Source of the DNA: an uncultured Candidatus Methanoperedens sp.
GTDB taxonomy: Archaea; Halobacteriota; Methanosarcinia; Methanosarcinales; Methanoperedenaceae
Assembly: GCA_964465515.1 (NCBI GenBank)
Contig: CAYXIP010000001.1
Coordinates: 3,557 to 51,843 of the forward strand
Length of the DNA stretch: 48,287 nucleotides
Direction of reading: 5' to 3'
Shown here in pieces: positions 9,575 to 20,358 of the stretch. A model generated the notes under the pieces. It had not been told where the DNA came from, searched no databases, and saw nothing but the letters and a program-made list of their open reading frames with translations. Position 1 is the first letter of the stretch, and each line of letters opens with the position of its first letter. Position numbers and translations under genes: made by a program.

Positions 9575-9969
9575 GGGGAATGAAAGCACGAATACCACGA
9601 GCCATTAACACAGCTACGAGAATGGAGTGCGCTGACAACACAGGTGCAAGAGTGGTTGAGGTGATTTCGGTATTGAAGTATCGCGGTGTCAGGAATAGAT
9701 ACCCCAGGGCAGGTATCGGGGACACCCTTATAGTGAGTGTAAAGAGAGGAACTCCTGAAATGAGAAAGCAGATGTTCAAGGCTGTTGTAATCCGCCAGAA
9801 AAAGGAGTTCAGGAGACCTGATGGGATGAGGGTTTCATTCGAGGATAACGCATGTGTGATAGTGGATGACGAAGGCGTGCCCAAGGGCACGGAAATAAAA
9901 GGACCTGTTGCCAGGGAAGCTGCTGAGCGGTATTCAAAGATATCCTCCGCAGCCTCGATTATAGTGTAG
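9571..9969 (+). CDS. rpl14: 50S ribosomal protein uL14
   Basis: [48 protein letters not shown]. Confidence 0.98.
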   Translation: MRGMKARIPRAINTATRMECADNTGARVVEVISVLKYRGVRNRYPRAGIGDTLIVSVKRGTPEMRKQMFKAVVIRQKKEFRRPDGMRVSFEDNACVIVDDEGVPKGTEIKGPVAREAAERYSKISSAASIIV

Positions 9970-9976
9970 GTGGAGC

Positions 9977-10318
9977 ATGACATCATCACAGCCAAGAAAA
10001 CAGAGAAAATCCAGATACCAGGCGCCTCTTCACAGGAGACATAAACTCATGGGCGCGATGCTTTCCCCCGAACTTCGGAAAGAGCACGGGGTGAAAAGCA
10101 TACCCCTGCGTACTGGCGATACAGTCAAGGTATTACGCGGAGACCACAGGGATAAAGAGGGCAAGGTGGCGGGTATTAACCTTAAAAAGATGACCGTTAC
10201 TGTAGATGGCGTGAGCGTTACAAAAGCGGATGGCACGGAAGTCCCAAGACCATTACAACCCTCAAAGGTAATGATAACCAAATTAGAAATCAAAGACGAA
10301 AGACGACTGGGTGATTAA
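9977..10318 (+). CDS. rpl24: 50S ribosomal protein uL24
   Basis: [25 protein letters not shown]. Confidence 0.98.
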   Translation: MTSSQPRKQRKSRYQAPLHRRHKLMGAMLSPELRKEHGVKSIPLRTGDTVKVLRGDHRDKEGKVAGINLKKMTVTVDGVSVTKADGTEVPRPLQPSKVMITKLEIKDERRLGD

Positions 10319-11008
10319 ATGGGAAGACACGAGAAAAGAGTGGCAGCACCAACATCATGGCCTATTCCACGCAAGACCCATCACTGGGTGGTTGGAGCCA
10401 ATGCAGGACCCCACTCAAAGGAAACCGGGATTCCACTGCTTGTTGTTGTGCGCGACATGCTCAAACTTGCGAATAACAGCAGGGAAGCCAAACGAATAAT
10501 CAACGAAGGGACAATTTTCGTAGACGGCAGAGCAAGAACCGATTATAAATACATTATCGGTCTTTTCGATATAGTATCAATTCCTTCTACCAATGAATAT
10601 TATCGCGTGCTGCTGGACAAACAGAACAGGTTTAAGCTGTATAAGGAAGGCGCTGATGCCTTGAAACTGTGCAGAATCAACAATAAAACTATCGTGAAAA
10701 ACGGGGCGGTGCAGCTCAACCTGCACGACGGAAGCAATATCATAGCGTCCAATGATTACAAGACTTTTGATACTGTTCTTCTGGGAGAAAACCGCAAGAT
10801 TGTAAAACACATATCGTATAAGCCCGGAAATCTTGCAATGGTAGTGGGAGGAGAACATTCAGGAGAGATTGGAAAGATAAAACAAATCCGGAAAGTACGG
10901 GGTTCAGGAACCAACATGGTAGCAATATCCAATGAAAGTGAATTTGAGACCATTGAAAATTATGTGTTTGTCATAGGAGAATCAGCCCCTGAAATCAAGG
11001 TGATTTAA
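10319..11008 (+). CDS. rps4e: 30S ribosomal protein eS4
   Basis: KRVAAPTSWPIPRK..GPH, QLNLHDG. Confidence 0.97.
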   Translation: MGRHEKRVAAPTSWPIPRKTHHWVVGANAGPHSKETGIPLLVVVRDMLKLANNSREAKRIINEGTIFVDGRARTDYKYIIGLFDIVSIPSTNEYYRVLLDKQNRFKLYKEGADALKLCRINNKTIVKNGAVQLNLHDGSNIIASNDYKTFDTVLLGENRKIVKHISYKPGNLAMVVGGEHSGEIGKIKQIRKVRGSGTNMVAISNESEFETIENYVFVIGESAPEIKVI

Positions 11009-11515
11009 ATGAACTCAATGAGAACGCCTTCCATTGATAAAGTCACGGTTCACATAGGTACTGGAGAAAGCGGCGAGCGATTGACAACCGCGGAAAAATT
11101 GCTTGAGGCTATTGTCAAGCAAAAACCAGTAAGGGCGATTGCAAAGAAAACATTGCCCTCATTCTCCATAAAGAAAAGAGAACCCATTGGATGCAAGGTG
11201 ACGCTCAGGGGAAACAAGGCAGGTGAGTTCCTCAAAACCACATTGAAAATCATAGACAACAAACTGAGCGCAGCCCAGTTCGATGAAAACGGGAATTTTT
11301 CATTCGGGATCGAGGAACACACGGATTTCCCGGGCATGAAATACGATCCCTCCATAGGTATCTATGGAATGGATATCAACGTCGCTTTGAAACGCCCGGG
11401 ATACAGAATAAGCACGCGTAAAATAGAGAGGCATAAGATGCCGCAAAACCAGAGGTTGAAAAAGGATGAGGCGATTTCCTTTTTAAAAGAGAAGTACGGC
11501 GTGGAGGTAATTTAA
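11009..11515 (+). CDS. rpl5: 50S ribosomal protein uL5
   Basis: [40 protein letters not shown]. Confidence 0.98.
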   Translation: MNSMRTPSIDKVTVHIGTGESGERLTTAEKLLEAIVKQKPVRAIAKKTLPSFSIKKREPIGCKVTLRGNKAGEFLKTTLKIIDNKLSAAQFDENGNFSFGIEEHTDFPGMKYDPSIGIYGMDINVALKRPGYRISTRKIERHKMPQNQRLKKDEAISFLKEKYGVEVI

Positions 11516-11667
11516 TGGAGAGAAGCAAGAAAAAATTCGGAAGAGGCGCCAACACCTGCAAACGCTGCGGAAGGAAACAGGGACTTGTCCGAAAATATGG
11601 GATATACCTGTGCAGGCAGTGTTTCCGTGAAATTGCCTATGACATGGGCTTTGAGAAATATACGTAG
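11515..11667 (+). CDS. rps14: 30S ribosomal protein uS14 (Zn-binding); absent from ORF track
   Basis: Hand-translated [50 protein letters not shown], two CxxC. Confidence 0.97.
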   Translation: MERSKKKFGRGANTCKRCGRKQGLVRKYGIYLCRQCFREIAYDMGFEKYT

Positions 11668-11675
11668 GTGAAATA

Positions 11676-12065
11676 ATGTTATTGGATCCACTCGCAGATG
11701 CACTTTCAATAATAAAAAATGCAGAAAGTATAGGCAAACCAGAATGTACTATCAAGCCTGCTTCAAAACTCACAGGAAGCGTGCTCAAGGTTATGAAGGA
11801 TAAAGGATATATCGGCGAATTCGAATTTATCGATGATGGGAAATCAGGTTTGTTCAAGGTAAAGCTTAAAGGGAAAATCAACAGGTGTGGAATAATAAGA
11901 CCCCGTCACGCAGTCAAGAATACCGAGTTTGAGAAATGGGAAAAGCGCTTTTTACCTGCACGGGGCTTTGGCTCCATTATCCTGACCACGCCTGGCGGCG
12001 TCATGACCCACAATGAAGCCAGAGAGAACGGTCTTGGCGGGCAGTTGCTTGCTTATGTTTATTAG
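11676..12065 (+). CDS. rps8: 30S ribosomal protein uS8
   Basis: [42 protein letters not shown]. Confidence 0.98.
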   Translation: MLLDPLADALSIIKNAESIGKPECTIKPASKLTGSVLKVMKDKGYIGEFEFIDDGKSGLFKVKLKGKINRCGIIRPRHAVKNTEFEKWEKRFLPARGFGSIILTTPGGVMTHNEARENGLGGQLLAYVY

Positions 12066-12074
12066 GTGAATGTT

Positions 12075-12614
12075 ATGGAAACAAAGAGAACGGTTGCAAT
12101 TCCGCAAGGTGTGAACGTTACAATAGATAATATGAACGTTTCGGTCTCTGGTGAGAAGGGAGAGCTTAGAAAAGATCTCTGGTACCCTGGAATTGTAATC
12201 AAGAAACTTGATTCAGAGATTGTTGTGGAAACGAATATCGCACGAAGGGAACAGCTTGCAATGCTGGGCACGTTTGAATCCCACTTAAAAAATATGATTA
12301 CAGGGGTAACCAAGGGATACGAGTATAAAATGAAGGTTGTTTATTCGCACTTCCCGATACAATTAAAGACCGAAGGAAACCATGTACTTGTGAGCAATTT
12401 CCTTGGCGAAAAGAAAGCCAGAAGAGCTAATATCCTGGGTAATACCAATGTAGCGATAAAAGGAGACCAGGTGATTATTTCAGGCATAAACAAGGAGGAT
12501 GTTGGGCAGACCGCGGCTAATCTCAAAACGGCTACCAAGATCAGAAGATTTGACCCAAGGGTATTCCAGGATGGAGTTTACCTTGTGGAACGGGGTGAAC
12601 AACATGGAAGATGA
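12075..12614 (+). CDS. rpl6: 50S ribosomal protein uL6
   Basis: NMITGVT.GYEYKMKVVYSHFP, NFLGEK, DPRVFQDGVY; ATG 12075 follows GGTGA. Confidence 0.97.
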   Translation: METKRTVAIPQGVNVTIDNMNVSVSGEKGELRKDLWYPGIVIKKLDSEIVVETNIARREQLAMLGTFESHLKNMITGVTKGYEYKMKVVYSHFPIQLKTEGNHVLVSNFLGEKKARRANILGNTNVAIKGDQVIISGINKEDVGQTAANLKTATKIRRFDPRVFQDGVYLVERGEQHGR

Positions 12615-13245
12615 AGCCGTCAAAAAACTGATGGAACTGGAAGGCGTAGGCAAGGCAAAGGCGAAGTTGCTCTATGATGCAGGATTTGAAGATATAAATT
12701 CTATAAAAAATGCAAACATAGAGGAAATTGCAGGTATCAAAGGAATAGGCAAGAAACTTGCAAACAAGATTAAAACTTCTGCTGACGAAATGGTTGTTGA
12801 GGAAGAAAAACCAGTTGAAAAAGTAACAAAAGAGATTACTATTACAATAGACGCAGAGACAAAGAGGCTTCTTGATATAAGGAAAAAGCAGAAAAGCAAG
12901 AAGCCGCACTTCAGGCAGACCGATTCACACAAGAAAAAGAAGCTTGCGGATTACTGGCGAAGACCTGACGGCATCCATAACAAAACTCGGTACGCGCTTC
13001 ACGGGAAAACCCCGCTTGTAGAGGCGGGCTACGGCAGTCCTTCGCTTGTAAGAGGGCTTCATCCCTCAGGTTTTGAGGAGGTTGTGGTGAATAATATCAA
13101 AGAACTTGAAGCTCTCAATTCAGAGAAGCAGGCTGCACGGATTGCCCATACCGTAGGCTCAAGGAAACGCAGCCTGATAGAGACGAGGGCGAGAGATATG
13201 GGATTGAAGGTTCTAAACCCAGCAAGAAGGGAGGAAGAAGAATGA
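12604..13245 (+). CDS. rpl32e: 50S ribosomal protein eL32 with N-terminal helix-hairpin-helix domain
   Basis: [29 protein letters not shown]; N-term LEGVGKAKA / IKGIGKKLA HhH motifs. Confidence 0.95.
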   Translation: MEDEAVKKLMELEGVGKAKAKLLYDAGFEDINSIKNANIEEIAGIKGIGKKLANKIKTSADEMVVEEEKPVEKVTKEITITIDAETKRLLDIRKKQKSKKPHFRQTDSHKKKKLADYWRRPDGIHNKTRYALHGKTPLVEAGYGSPSLVRGLHPSGFEEVVVNNIKELEALNSEKQAARIAHTVGSRKRSLIETRARDMGLKVLNPARREEEE

Positions 13246-13691
13246 CAGATCTTGCCAATCAGAGAAGACTTGCAGCAGAGGTAATGAGCATAGGTGTGCA
13301 TCGCGTATGGCTTGACCCTGAAGCCTCCAAGGATATAGCTGCTGCCTTAACACGCGAGGATATAAGAAAATTGATCGAGGATGGGAAGGTAGCTAAAAAG
13401 GAGATCAAAGGAATAAGCCGGGGAAGAGCACGCAAATCCCATGAGACCCGGGCGTATGGGCACAGGAAGGGGCACGGGTCAAGAAGCGGGGCAAAGGGTG
13501 CACGCAGACCGAAAAAGGAGATGTGGATGAAGAGAATCCGCGCACTTCGAAAAAAGCTTGTGGAAATGAAAGGTAATAATACCATTGATACATCCACATA
13601 CAGGAAATTGTATCGCAAAGCAAAAGGCGGAGAATACAGAAGCAGGGCGCATCTTGAATCGCACGTCGAGCAGCAGAAAGGGGTGGAATAA
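13242..13691 (+). CDS. rpl19e: 50S ribosomal protein eL19
   Basis: [32 protein letters not shown]. Confidence 0.98.
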   Translation: MTDLANQRRLAAEVMSIGVHRVWLDPEASKDIAAALTREDIRKLIEDGKVAKKEIKGISRGRARKSHETRAYGHRKGHGSRSGAKGARRPKKEMWMKRIRALRKKLVEMKGNNTIDTSTYRKLYRKAKGGEYRSRAHLESHVEQQKGVE

Positions 13692-14203
13692 TGGCAACAG
13701 GGTCAAGATACAGGGTTAAATTCAGAAGGGTAAGAAGCGGTAAGACCGATTACAGGGCAAGAAAACAACTGCTTATCTCCAAAAAGCCAAGGCTTGTAAT
13801 CAGAAAGAGTTTAAAAAACACAATGGTGCAGATAATAGTTCCAGCAGAAGTAGGCGATAAAACCATAGTTTCTGCAAGTACACAGGATTTAAAGAAATAC
13901 GGATATACGGGCGGCAATAACACCACATCCGCATACCTTACAGGATTGCTGCTGGGATACCGTGCAAAGAAAGTCGGACAGAAAGAGGCAATACTTGATG
14001 CCGGGTTATATCATACAACACGCGGCGGGAGGTTATTTGCGGCTTTAAAAGGAGCTGTGGATGCGGGACTTGATGTTCCTCACGAACCCGAGGTATTTCC
14101 TTCTGAAGAAAGGGTTAAGGGCAAACATATAGACAAATACAGGAAGACCAACATATCAGAGCAATTCGAGGGAGTTGTGCAAAAGATTCAGAGCGGAGTA
14201 TAA
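13691..14203 (+). CDS. rpl18: 50S ribosomal protein uL18
   Basis: [33 protein letters not shown]. Confidence 0.98.
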   Translation: MATGSRYRVKFRRVRSGKTDYRARKQLLISKKPRLVIRKSLKNTMVQIIVPAEVGDKTIVSASTQDLKKYGYTGGNNTTSAYLTGLLLGYRAKKVGQKEAILDAGLYHTTRGGRLFAALKGAVDAGLDVPHEPEVFPSEERVKGKHIDKYRKTNISEQFEGVVQKIQSGV

Positions 14204-14204
14204 T

Positions 14205-14825
14205 ATGAGAGAGACAGAATTCAAAGAAGAAGCAGTGGAATGGGTTCCCCAGACAAGACTGGGTAAGCTGGTCAAGGAAGGACAGGTAACCACCATGAAT
14301 GAAGCCCTTGCATCAGGACTGCCGATAAGAGAGTACCAGATCGTGGACGCATTAATTCCTGAGATTCAGGATGAAGTTCTGGATATCAACATGGTGCAGA
14401 GGATGACCGACTCTGGTCGAAGGGTAAAATTCAGAGCCACCGTAATAGTAGGCAACGGTGATGGTTTTATCGGCATCGGTGAGGGAAAGGATGTTCAGGT
14501 TGGCGTGGCTATCAGAAAGGCAATCGATGCTGCCAAGATGAATATAATAGCTATCAAAAGGGGCTGCGGCTCATGGGAATGCGGCTGCGGTCTTGGACAT
14601 ACCGTACCCTTTGGTGTGAAGGGTAAAGCAGGGAGCGTGGTGGTAGAACTCAGACCTGCTCCAAGAGGTCTGGGGCTGACTTCAGGCGGAACAGCGAAAA
14701 AAGTACTGGAGATTGCCGGCATAAAGGACGCCTGGACAAAAGTATACGGCGAAACAAGGACAACCATAAATTTTGCTAAGGCGACTTTTGATGCACTTAT
14801 GAAAACCACTACAATGAAGGTGTGA
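14205..14825 (+). CDS. rps5: 30S ribosomal protein uS5
   Basis: [36 protein letters not shown]. Confidence 0.98.
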   Translation: MRETEFKEEAVEWVPQTRLGKLVKEGQVTTMNEALASGLPIREYQIVDALIPEIQDEVLDINMVQRMTDSGRRVKFRATVIVGNGDGFIGIGEGKDVQVGVAIRKAIDAAKMNIIAIKRGCGSWECGCGLGHTVPFGVKGKAGSVVVELRPAPRGLGLTSGGTAKKVLEIAGIKDAWTKVYGETRTTINFAKATFDALMKTTTMKV

Positions 14826-14828
14826 AAA

Positions 14829-15290
14829 ATGTACGCAGCAGTCAGACTACGCGGAGGAGTAAAGACGCGGCAGGACATCAGGGATACGCTTAGCATGATG
14901 CACCTTGACAGGGTAAACCACTGCACGATCCTGCCAGAAACTCCGAATTACAGGGGCATGATTCATAAAGCAAAGGATTACATTGCATGGGGCGTTATCA
15001 ATCCCCAGACCCTTGCGCAGATGCTGGAAAATCGAGGGAGACTTGAAGGCGGGGAAACATTGACAAAGGAATATCTGAGCAAAAACACCAGATTCAAAAC
15101 ATTTGAAGAACTTGCAGTGGCAGTTTGTGAAGGGAAACTTTCGCTAAACGAGGTTCCCAGACTTAAGCCTGTTTTCAGGCTGCACCCTGCAAGGAAGGGT
15201 CTTTCTGGCACCAAAAGGACTTTCCAGGAAGGAGGCGACCTCGGGAATCATGGTACTGAAATAAATACCCTGCTAAAAAAGATGAGGTAA
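14829..15290 (+). CDS. rpl30: 50S ribosomal protein uL30
   Basis: [22 protein letters not shown]. Confidence 0.97.
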   Translation: MYAAVRLRGGVKTRQDIRDTLSMMHLDRVNHCTILPETPNYRGMIHKAKDYIAWGVINPQTLAQMLENRGRLEGGETLTKEYLSKNTRFKTFEELAVAVCEGKLSLNEVPRLKPVFRLHPARKGLSGTKRTFQEGGDLGNHGTEINTLLKKMR

Positions 15291-15292
15291 CT

Positions 15293-15742
15293 ATGGCAAA
15301 ACAGAAGACAAAGAAATTCAGGGGTTCAAGAACGTTCGGCGGAGGAACGCATAAGAATAGGCGTGGCGGAGGGAGCCGCGGAGGCAGGGGGAATGCCGGA
15401 ACATGCAAGCATCACTTTGTCAGGGCAATGCAGCGAGGTTTGAGCTTTGGGAAGCATGGATTCAAGAGACCGTTATCCATAACTGCAGATAAGGTCATAG
15501 TCAACGTAGGGGAGCTCGATGAAGCCATAGAACAATTAGTAATGGATGGTCTTGCAGAAAAGAAGAACGGTGCTTTTCACATCGACCTTGAAAATGTCGG
15601 TATTGAAAAAGTGCTGGGCGGCGGAAAAGTGACAAAACCCCTTTTTATCAAGGCAACTGAGTTTTCCTCGTCAGCTAAGAAGAAAATCGAGGATGCCAAA
15701 GGGAAGGCAATAGCCGGGGCAGAGCCGCTAAAACCTGAGTAA
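15293..15742 (+). CDS. rpl15: 50S ribosomal protein uL15
   Basis: [28 protein letters not shown]. Confidence 0.98.
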   Translation: MAKQKTKKFRGSRTFGGGTHKNRRGGGSRGGRGNAGTCKHHFVRAMQRGLSFGKHGFKRPLSITADKVIVNVGELDEAIEQLVMDGLAEKKNGAFHIDLENVGIEKVLGGGKVTKPLFIKATEFSSSAKKKIEDAKGKAIAGAEPLKPE

Positions 15743-15747
15743 TCGAT

Positions 15748-17238
15748 ATGGCTTTTGAAAGTCTTGCACCTCTGCTCAACCGCCTGCCTGCGGTCTCGCG
15801 GCCAGAGGGACATGTGCATTTCAAGAAAAAGCTGGCATGGACGTTAGGTATTCTCGTTCTTTATTTTGCTCTGGCAAATATCCCGTTATTCGGGCTGGAT
15901 AAAAGCTCGATAGATCTTTTTGAACTCTACCGTGCATTCTTCGCAGGAGCTTCGGGCTCGCTCATGGTTCTTGGAATAGGACCGATTGTAACGGCTTCGA
16001 TAGTGCTGCAATTACTTGTGGGTGCGAATGTCATTAAAATGGATCTCTCCGACCCCCACCAGCAGGCTATTTTCCAGGGGTTACAGAAGCTTCTTGTCTT
16101 TGTGATGGTTGCTCTTGAGGCGCTGCCTCAGATCCTTGGCGGCTTTATGCGCCCCGATGCTGGACTGGCTGCTCAGCTTGGCGTTTCTGTGAGCGTAATA
16201 ACCCTGTTCCTTTTCATACAGATATTCATCGGAGGCATTCTGATTCTCTATATGGATGAGATTGTTTCCAAGTGGGGCATAGGCTCAGGTGTTGGATTAT
16301 TCATTATTGCCGGGGTATCGCAGCAGATTGTCCAGGGCATATTCAACTGGAACCCCGATAAAACTACCGGAGTGCCGATAGGGCTTATCCCCAAATGGAT
16401 TTATTTAGCAGGACCCTCATCACCCATACCAGGGCTGGATTATCTCCTGAGCAGTAACGGGATACTTTTCTTGCTGGTACAGGGCGGTATCCTGGCATTG
16501 GTCAGCACTGTGGTCATATACCTGATGGTGGTGTACGTGGAGAGTACCCGAATTGAAATACCGCTTGCTCATGCGGCTGTCAGGGGAGCGCGCGGGCGGT
16601 TTCCTGTCAAGCTTATCTATGCAAGCGTTTTACCCATGATTCTGGTACGGGCCCTGCAGGCAAACATCCAGATGATAGGGCTTCTTCTTTCAAGCAAAGG
16701 CATCACGATATTCGGGCAATATAAGCAGAATACGCCCGTGAGTGGTCTTATGTATTATCTCTCTCCCATCCAGGGACCCAGCAACTGGATCCCCTCCCTC
16801 GTCTCATCCCAGTTCACAAATCTTGGGGTTCCATCTCCACCTGTCTGGCAGATCGTGCTTCATGTTGCAACCGATGCATTCCTTCTCATAATAGGCGGCA
16901 TTGTATTTGCGCTTTTCTGGATTGAAACAACGGGCATGGGGGCAAAGAGCGTGGCTGAAAAAATCCAGAAATCAGGGATGCAGATACCAGGTTATCGGAG
17001 AAGCAGCGGAACTCTTGAGAGGGTAATGCAGCGCTATATCCCGAAGGTAACAGTAATAGGCGGGGCATTCATAGGTCTCCTGACGCTCATCGCAAGCCTT
17101 CTCGGCACACTTGGAGGGGCTGGCGGAACGGGCTTGTTGCTCACAGTGAGCATCATGTATCGGCTGTACGAGGACATAGCAAGCCAGCAGATGATGGAGA
17201 TGCATCCAATGATGAGGAGCTTCTTCGGGAAGGAATAA
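15748..17238 (+). CDS. secY: Preprotein translocase subunit SecY
   Basis: LGIGPIVTASIVLQLL, SKWGIGSGVGLFI, FPVKLIYAS, GTGLLLTVSI. Confidence 0.98.
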   Translation: MAFESLAPLLNRLPAVSRPEGHVHFKKKLAWTLGILVLYFALANIPLFGLDKSSIDLFELYRAFFAGASGSLMVLGIGPIVTASIVLQLLVGANVIKMDLSDPHQQAIFQGLQKLLVFVMVALEALPQILGGFMRPDAGLAAQLGVSVSVITLFLFIQIFIGGILILYMDEIVSKWGIGSGVGLFIIAGVSQQIVQGIFNWNPDKTTGVPIGLIPKWIYLAGPSSPIPGLDYLLSSNGILFLLVQGGILALVSTVVIYLMVVYVESTRIEIPLAHAAVRGARGRFPVKLIYASVLPMILVRALQANIQMIGLLLSSKGITIFGQYKQNTPVSGLMYYLSPIQGPSNWIPSLVSSQFTNLGVPSPPVWQIVLHVATDAFLLIIGGIVFALFWIETTGMGAKSVAEKIQKSGMQIPGYRRSSGTLERVMQRYIPKVTVIGGAFIGLLTLIASLLGTLGGAGGTGLLLTVSIMYRLYEDIASQQMMEMHPMMRSFFGKE

Positions 17239-17267
17239 AGCGCTCTTTTTTCCAAGCGAAAAAGCGT
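17239..17267 (+). terminator. Possible oligo-T terminator after secY
   Basis: CTCTTTTTTCC just after the stop, within a weak inverted repeat (CGCTcTTTT..AAAAAGCG). Confidence 0.4.
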
Positions 17268-17281
17268 AAAGTATATTATTT

Positions 17282-17333
17282 GTATAACACAAGTATAACA
17301 TTATAATATTGGTATAACACCATTATACTTGTG
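17282..17333. repeat. GTATAACA x3 plus 11-bp inverted repeat upstream of receiver gene
   Basis: GTATAACA at 17282, 17293, 17312; CACAAGTATAA (17288-17298) / TTATACTTGTG (17323-17333). Confidence 0.6.
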
Positions 17334-17343
17334 GAAGGGTGGT

Positions 17344-17700
17344 ATGAACAAACCCAAAAAAATCCTTGTCGCAGGGGATGAACCGCTGGGAGTTGAGCTT
17401 ATTGAGGCAATATTGTCAAGAGATTACGAAGTTGAGACCGCACCAGAAAAAGAAATAATACTCAGAGTAGAAGAAACAAATCCTGACCTGATAGTCTTAG
17501 ATAAATTCATATCTGCCAAGGATAGCTTCGGTGTCTGCAGGCAGCTCAAAAGCAATGAAAAAACAAGGTCTATACCCATTGTGGTGGCTGCGGAAACTGA
17601 AGATAGGAGAAGGGCTAAGGAAGCAGGTGCAGATTATTTTCTGAGCAAACCTATCAGTATAAATGAATTGAGCGCAGTGGTGAATTCACTGCTAAGGTAG
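17344..17700 (+). CDS. Single-domain response regulator receiver (atypical)
   Basis: KILVAGDE, PDLIVLD, VCRQLK..TRSIPIV, AGADYFLSKP. Confidence 0.85.
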   Translation: MNKPKKILVAGDEPLGVELIEAILSRDYEVETAPEKEIILRVEETNPDLIVLDKFISAKDSFGVCRQLKSNEKTRSIPIVVAAETEDRRRAKEAGADYFLSKPISINELSAVVNSLLR

Positions 17701-17702
17701 TT

Positions 17703-18881
17703 TCACACAAATAACGTCCTGAGTTCCCACAGTATCTTGGGATTCTTCTTGAACAGAACAAGCAATAACGAGGATAGTTCCATCTTGCTCGTATCTATAC
17801 CATGGAGTGAGTGAGCAAGCAGATTTAACTGCCCGTCGGTGAGCTTCATAAGCAGGTTTTTAACAAGCAGGGATTTGCTCAGCTCTTTTCCTATGGTAGA
17901 GCGCCATTTGGTCTCGTATTCTTTTAAAGTCCCAAGAGAATAATCCCCTTTTTCATGCGCTTTGATGCAGACTTCCCCTGCCATTTTTCCTGCATCCATT
18001 GCATTAATAATACCTCCTCCTGTTAAAGGGTCGGATTGTCTTGCTGCATCGCCTACGAGCATAAGACCGTCTGATGTGGTTTTTCCTATGGGACCGCTTA
18101 CAGGTACTCCTCCAACTACTATTTCAAGAATTTTAGCATGAGGAATATATTTTTCTACGAATGTCGTAAGTAGCGAAATTGCCCTCAGTTTTCCTGAATT
18201 GCTTCCAAGCAATCCCAAGCCAACATTTGCTGTGTTTTTGCCTTTGGGAAAAATCCACACATATCCACCTGGAGTATACTTATGTCCCAAAAAAAACTCA
18301 CTGTATTCTCCAGCATCAATATTCGAAACCAGAAACTGTGCACAGACGTCTATATCCTTTGGCTTTAATGCCGTATCTATTCCGCCCCATCTTCCCACCT
18401 TGGATTCTATGCCATCGGCACCTATTACAATATTGGATTTGACCTCATAGTTTTCTCCCATGTACATTGCATTAATTCCAGTAATTTTGCCATTATTTCT
18501 CAGCAAGTCGGTTGCTCTTGTCTTTACCATCACCTCCGCACCTGCCATGGCAGCCTGCTGTGCAAGTGCCCTGTCAAAAACTTTTCTTTCAAGAACATAA
18601 CCCACATCCTTCGATGAAGAAGCTTCTGAGAGGTTAATCTCAGTTCCATCAGGAGAAATTATCTTTGAACCTTTTACTTCAGCGGCTATCCATCTATTAT
18701 CAGGCTTTATATGCCTTTTTAATCCTTCCTTACCCAGACCTTCAGCGCACCTGACAGGGTCGCCTATCTCCTGCCTTTTTTCGATGAGCAATACCGAAAG
18801 TCCGCCTGAAGCAGCGGTTTTTGCGGCTATTGAGCCAGCAGGTCCTGCTCCCACTACGATTACATCGTATCTTTTTTTCAT
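17703..18881 (-). CDS. Digeranylgeranylglycerophospholipid (geranylgeranyl) reductase
   Basis: GAGPAG, EIGDPVRCAEG, PGGYVWIFPKG, GDAARQSDPLTGGGI. Confidence 0.93.
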   Translation of the reverse strand: MKKRYDVIVVGAGPAGSIAAKTAASGGLSVLLIEKRQEIGDPVRCAEGLGKEGLKRHIKPDNRWIAAEVKGSKIISPDGTEINLSEASSSKDVGYVLERKVFDRALAQQAAMAGAEVMVKTRATDLLRNNGKITGINAMYMGENYEVKSNIVIGADGIESKVGRWGGIDTALKPKDIDVCAQFLVSNIDAGEYSEFFLGHKYTPGGYVWIFPKGKNTANVGLGLLGSNSGKLRAISLLTTFVEKYIPHAKILEIVVGGVPVSGPIGKTTSDGLMLVGDAARQSDPLTGGGIINAMDAGKMAGEVCIKAHEKGDYSLGTLKEYETKWRSTIGKELSKSLLVKNLLMKLTDGQLNLLAHSLHGIDTSKMELSSLLLVLFKKNPKILWELRTLFV

Positions 18882-19051
18882 TTAACAACCACCAGCGCGC
18901 CCACAGGGCAGATTTTCGCACATACGCCGCAATTGTTGCATGTATTATCCACTTCAATCCATGTCTCGACCAGTTCAAGCGCGCCCACAGGACATACGCC
19001 CACGCATGCTCCGCAGTATCCGCACTTATAACGATTTACATCTACACTCAT
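18878..19051 (-). CDS. 2[4Fe-4S] ferredoxin, probable GGR electron donor; absent from ORF track
   Basis: Hand-translated MSVDVNRYKCGYCGACVGVCPVGALELVETWIEVDNTCNNCGVCAKICPVGALVVVK; ATGA overlap with GGR. Confidence 0.93.
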   Translation of the reverse strand: MSVDVNRYKCGYCGACVGVCPVGALELVETWIEVDNTCNNCGVCAKICPVGALVVVK

Positions 19052-19150
19052 AAGTTTGCATGCTAACGCCGTCAGCCCATATAAATTTTGTCAAGCTATG
19101 TACCACCAATCGATAATTGTATAAGTATCTCCAACTAAATAAGACAAGGA

Positions 19151-20224
19151 GTGATGATCTTGAATGAAATTATATTCAAGGATGCAAAAATCACAAAGCC
19201 TGAGGATAACCAGCCCGAGCAGATAAAGAGGATTTTTCCTCACATTTCACCTGTAAATGAAGGTGACATCGTAGCAATAAAAATACATCCCGGCGAGTAC
19301 GGGAACACTACCCACGTAAGACCTGTGGTTGTAAGAACTGTGGTTGACCTTGTCATGAAGGCAGGGGGTATACCTTTTGTGACAGACACCACAACCCTGT
19401 ACAGGGGCATGAAACTCAATGCCGCAGACCTGATAAAAGGGGCTGCAATGAATGGTTTTACCCATGCAAGCATGAATGCCCCCTTTATTGTGGCAGATGG
19501 ATTAAGGGGCAGCGATGGAAAAGAGATACAGCTCGACGGCGAGGTGCTGGACAGTATTACAGTTGCCTCAGCCATAGCAGAGGCGGATTCTATGATAGTC
19601 ATATCGCATGGAAAAGGGCATCCGGGCTCGGGATTCGGGGGTGCTGTGAAGCATCTTGGCATGGGCTGTCTTGACCGCAAAGGTAAGATCAAGGTTCATG
19701 AGGTGGGGAAACCAACAATCGACCCTGAAAAATGCATCCTCTGCAACGAATGCGTGGAAATATGCCCGTGGGGTGCCATAACCCCGCCAGATATCGACCA
19801 GTCAAAATGCTGCGGTGAGTTATCCTGTGCCGACGCCTGTGCTCAGGAGGCAATCATTCCACCTCCCGATGCTACAGATAAAATGCAAAAAAGGCTGGGC
19901 GAGGCAGCACTTGGGCCGATAAAATTCCTTAAGGGAAGGATTGGATACATCAACTGGGTCTATGACCTCACGCCGGGATGCGACTGCTTTAATTTTTCAG
20001 GAGAGCGGTTCGTGGAAGACATAGGGATACTTGCAGGGAGAGACCCTGTGGCTATCGATACTGCCACAATCGATCTGATTAATGATAGAATGAAAGAGAC
20101 CTCGTATTTAAATACGAGGACTAAGGGAAGGTCGATAGATAGCGTCTGGGGTGTAAATCCATGGATACATATCGAGGCGGCTCGGAAAATAGGGTGCGGG
20201 AGCAGGGAATATATGTTAATATAA
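19151..20224 (+). CDS. DUF362 family Fe-S protein with inserted ferredoxin domain
   Basis: VAIKIHPGE.GN, IVADGLRG, SHGKGH..GFGGAVK.LGMGC, CILCNECVEICP, PGCDC, DPVAID. Confidence 0.88.
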   Translation: MMILNEIIFKDAKITKPEDNQPEQIKRIFPHISPVNEGDIVAIKIHPGEYGNTTHVRPVVVRTVVDLVMKAGGIPFVTDTTTLYRGMKLNAADLIKGAAMNGFTHASMNAPFIVADGLRGSDGKEIQLDGEVLDSITVASAIAEADSMIVISHGKGHPGSGFGGAVKHLGMGCLDRKGKIKVHEVGKPTIDPEKCILCNECVEICPWGAITPPDIDQSKCCGELSCADACAQEAIIPPPDATDKMQKRLGEAALGPIKFLKGRIGYINWVYDLTPGCDCFNFSGERFVEDIGILAGRDPVAIDTATIDLINDRMKETSYLNTRTKGRSIDSVWGVNPWIHIEAARKIGCGSREYMLI

Positions 20225-20358
20225 GATCTATGCTGTCTTCTGAACCCAAAACATTAATAAACACGGCAATCTTAGTTAGACCACAGGACAGAGGAACATT
20301 ATTTTCAGAAATTTTTAACACTTAATTGCACGATATAAATTTTAGAAGCGAGGTAACA

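Noticed and set aside
9380-9575. rps17-rpl14 element as a bulge-helix-bulge spliced intron
   Set aside because: The only pairing I found (AACA/TGTT) gives no intron-side helix, and cutting there would not restore the ATGA junction
17270-17335. Mini CRISPR array
   Set aside because: Repeats are only 8 bp with 3-11 nt gaps; no cas genes
17239-17343. No adk after secY and no SUI1 after rpl29
   Set aside because: Operon end points vary among euryarchaea; the genes may lie elsewhere
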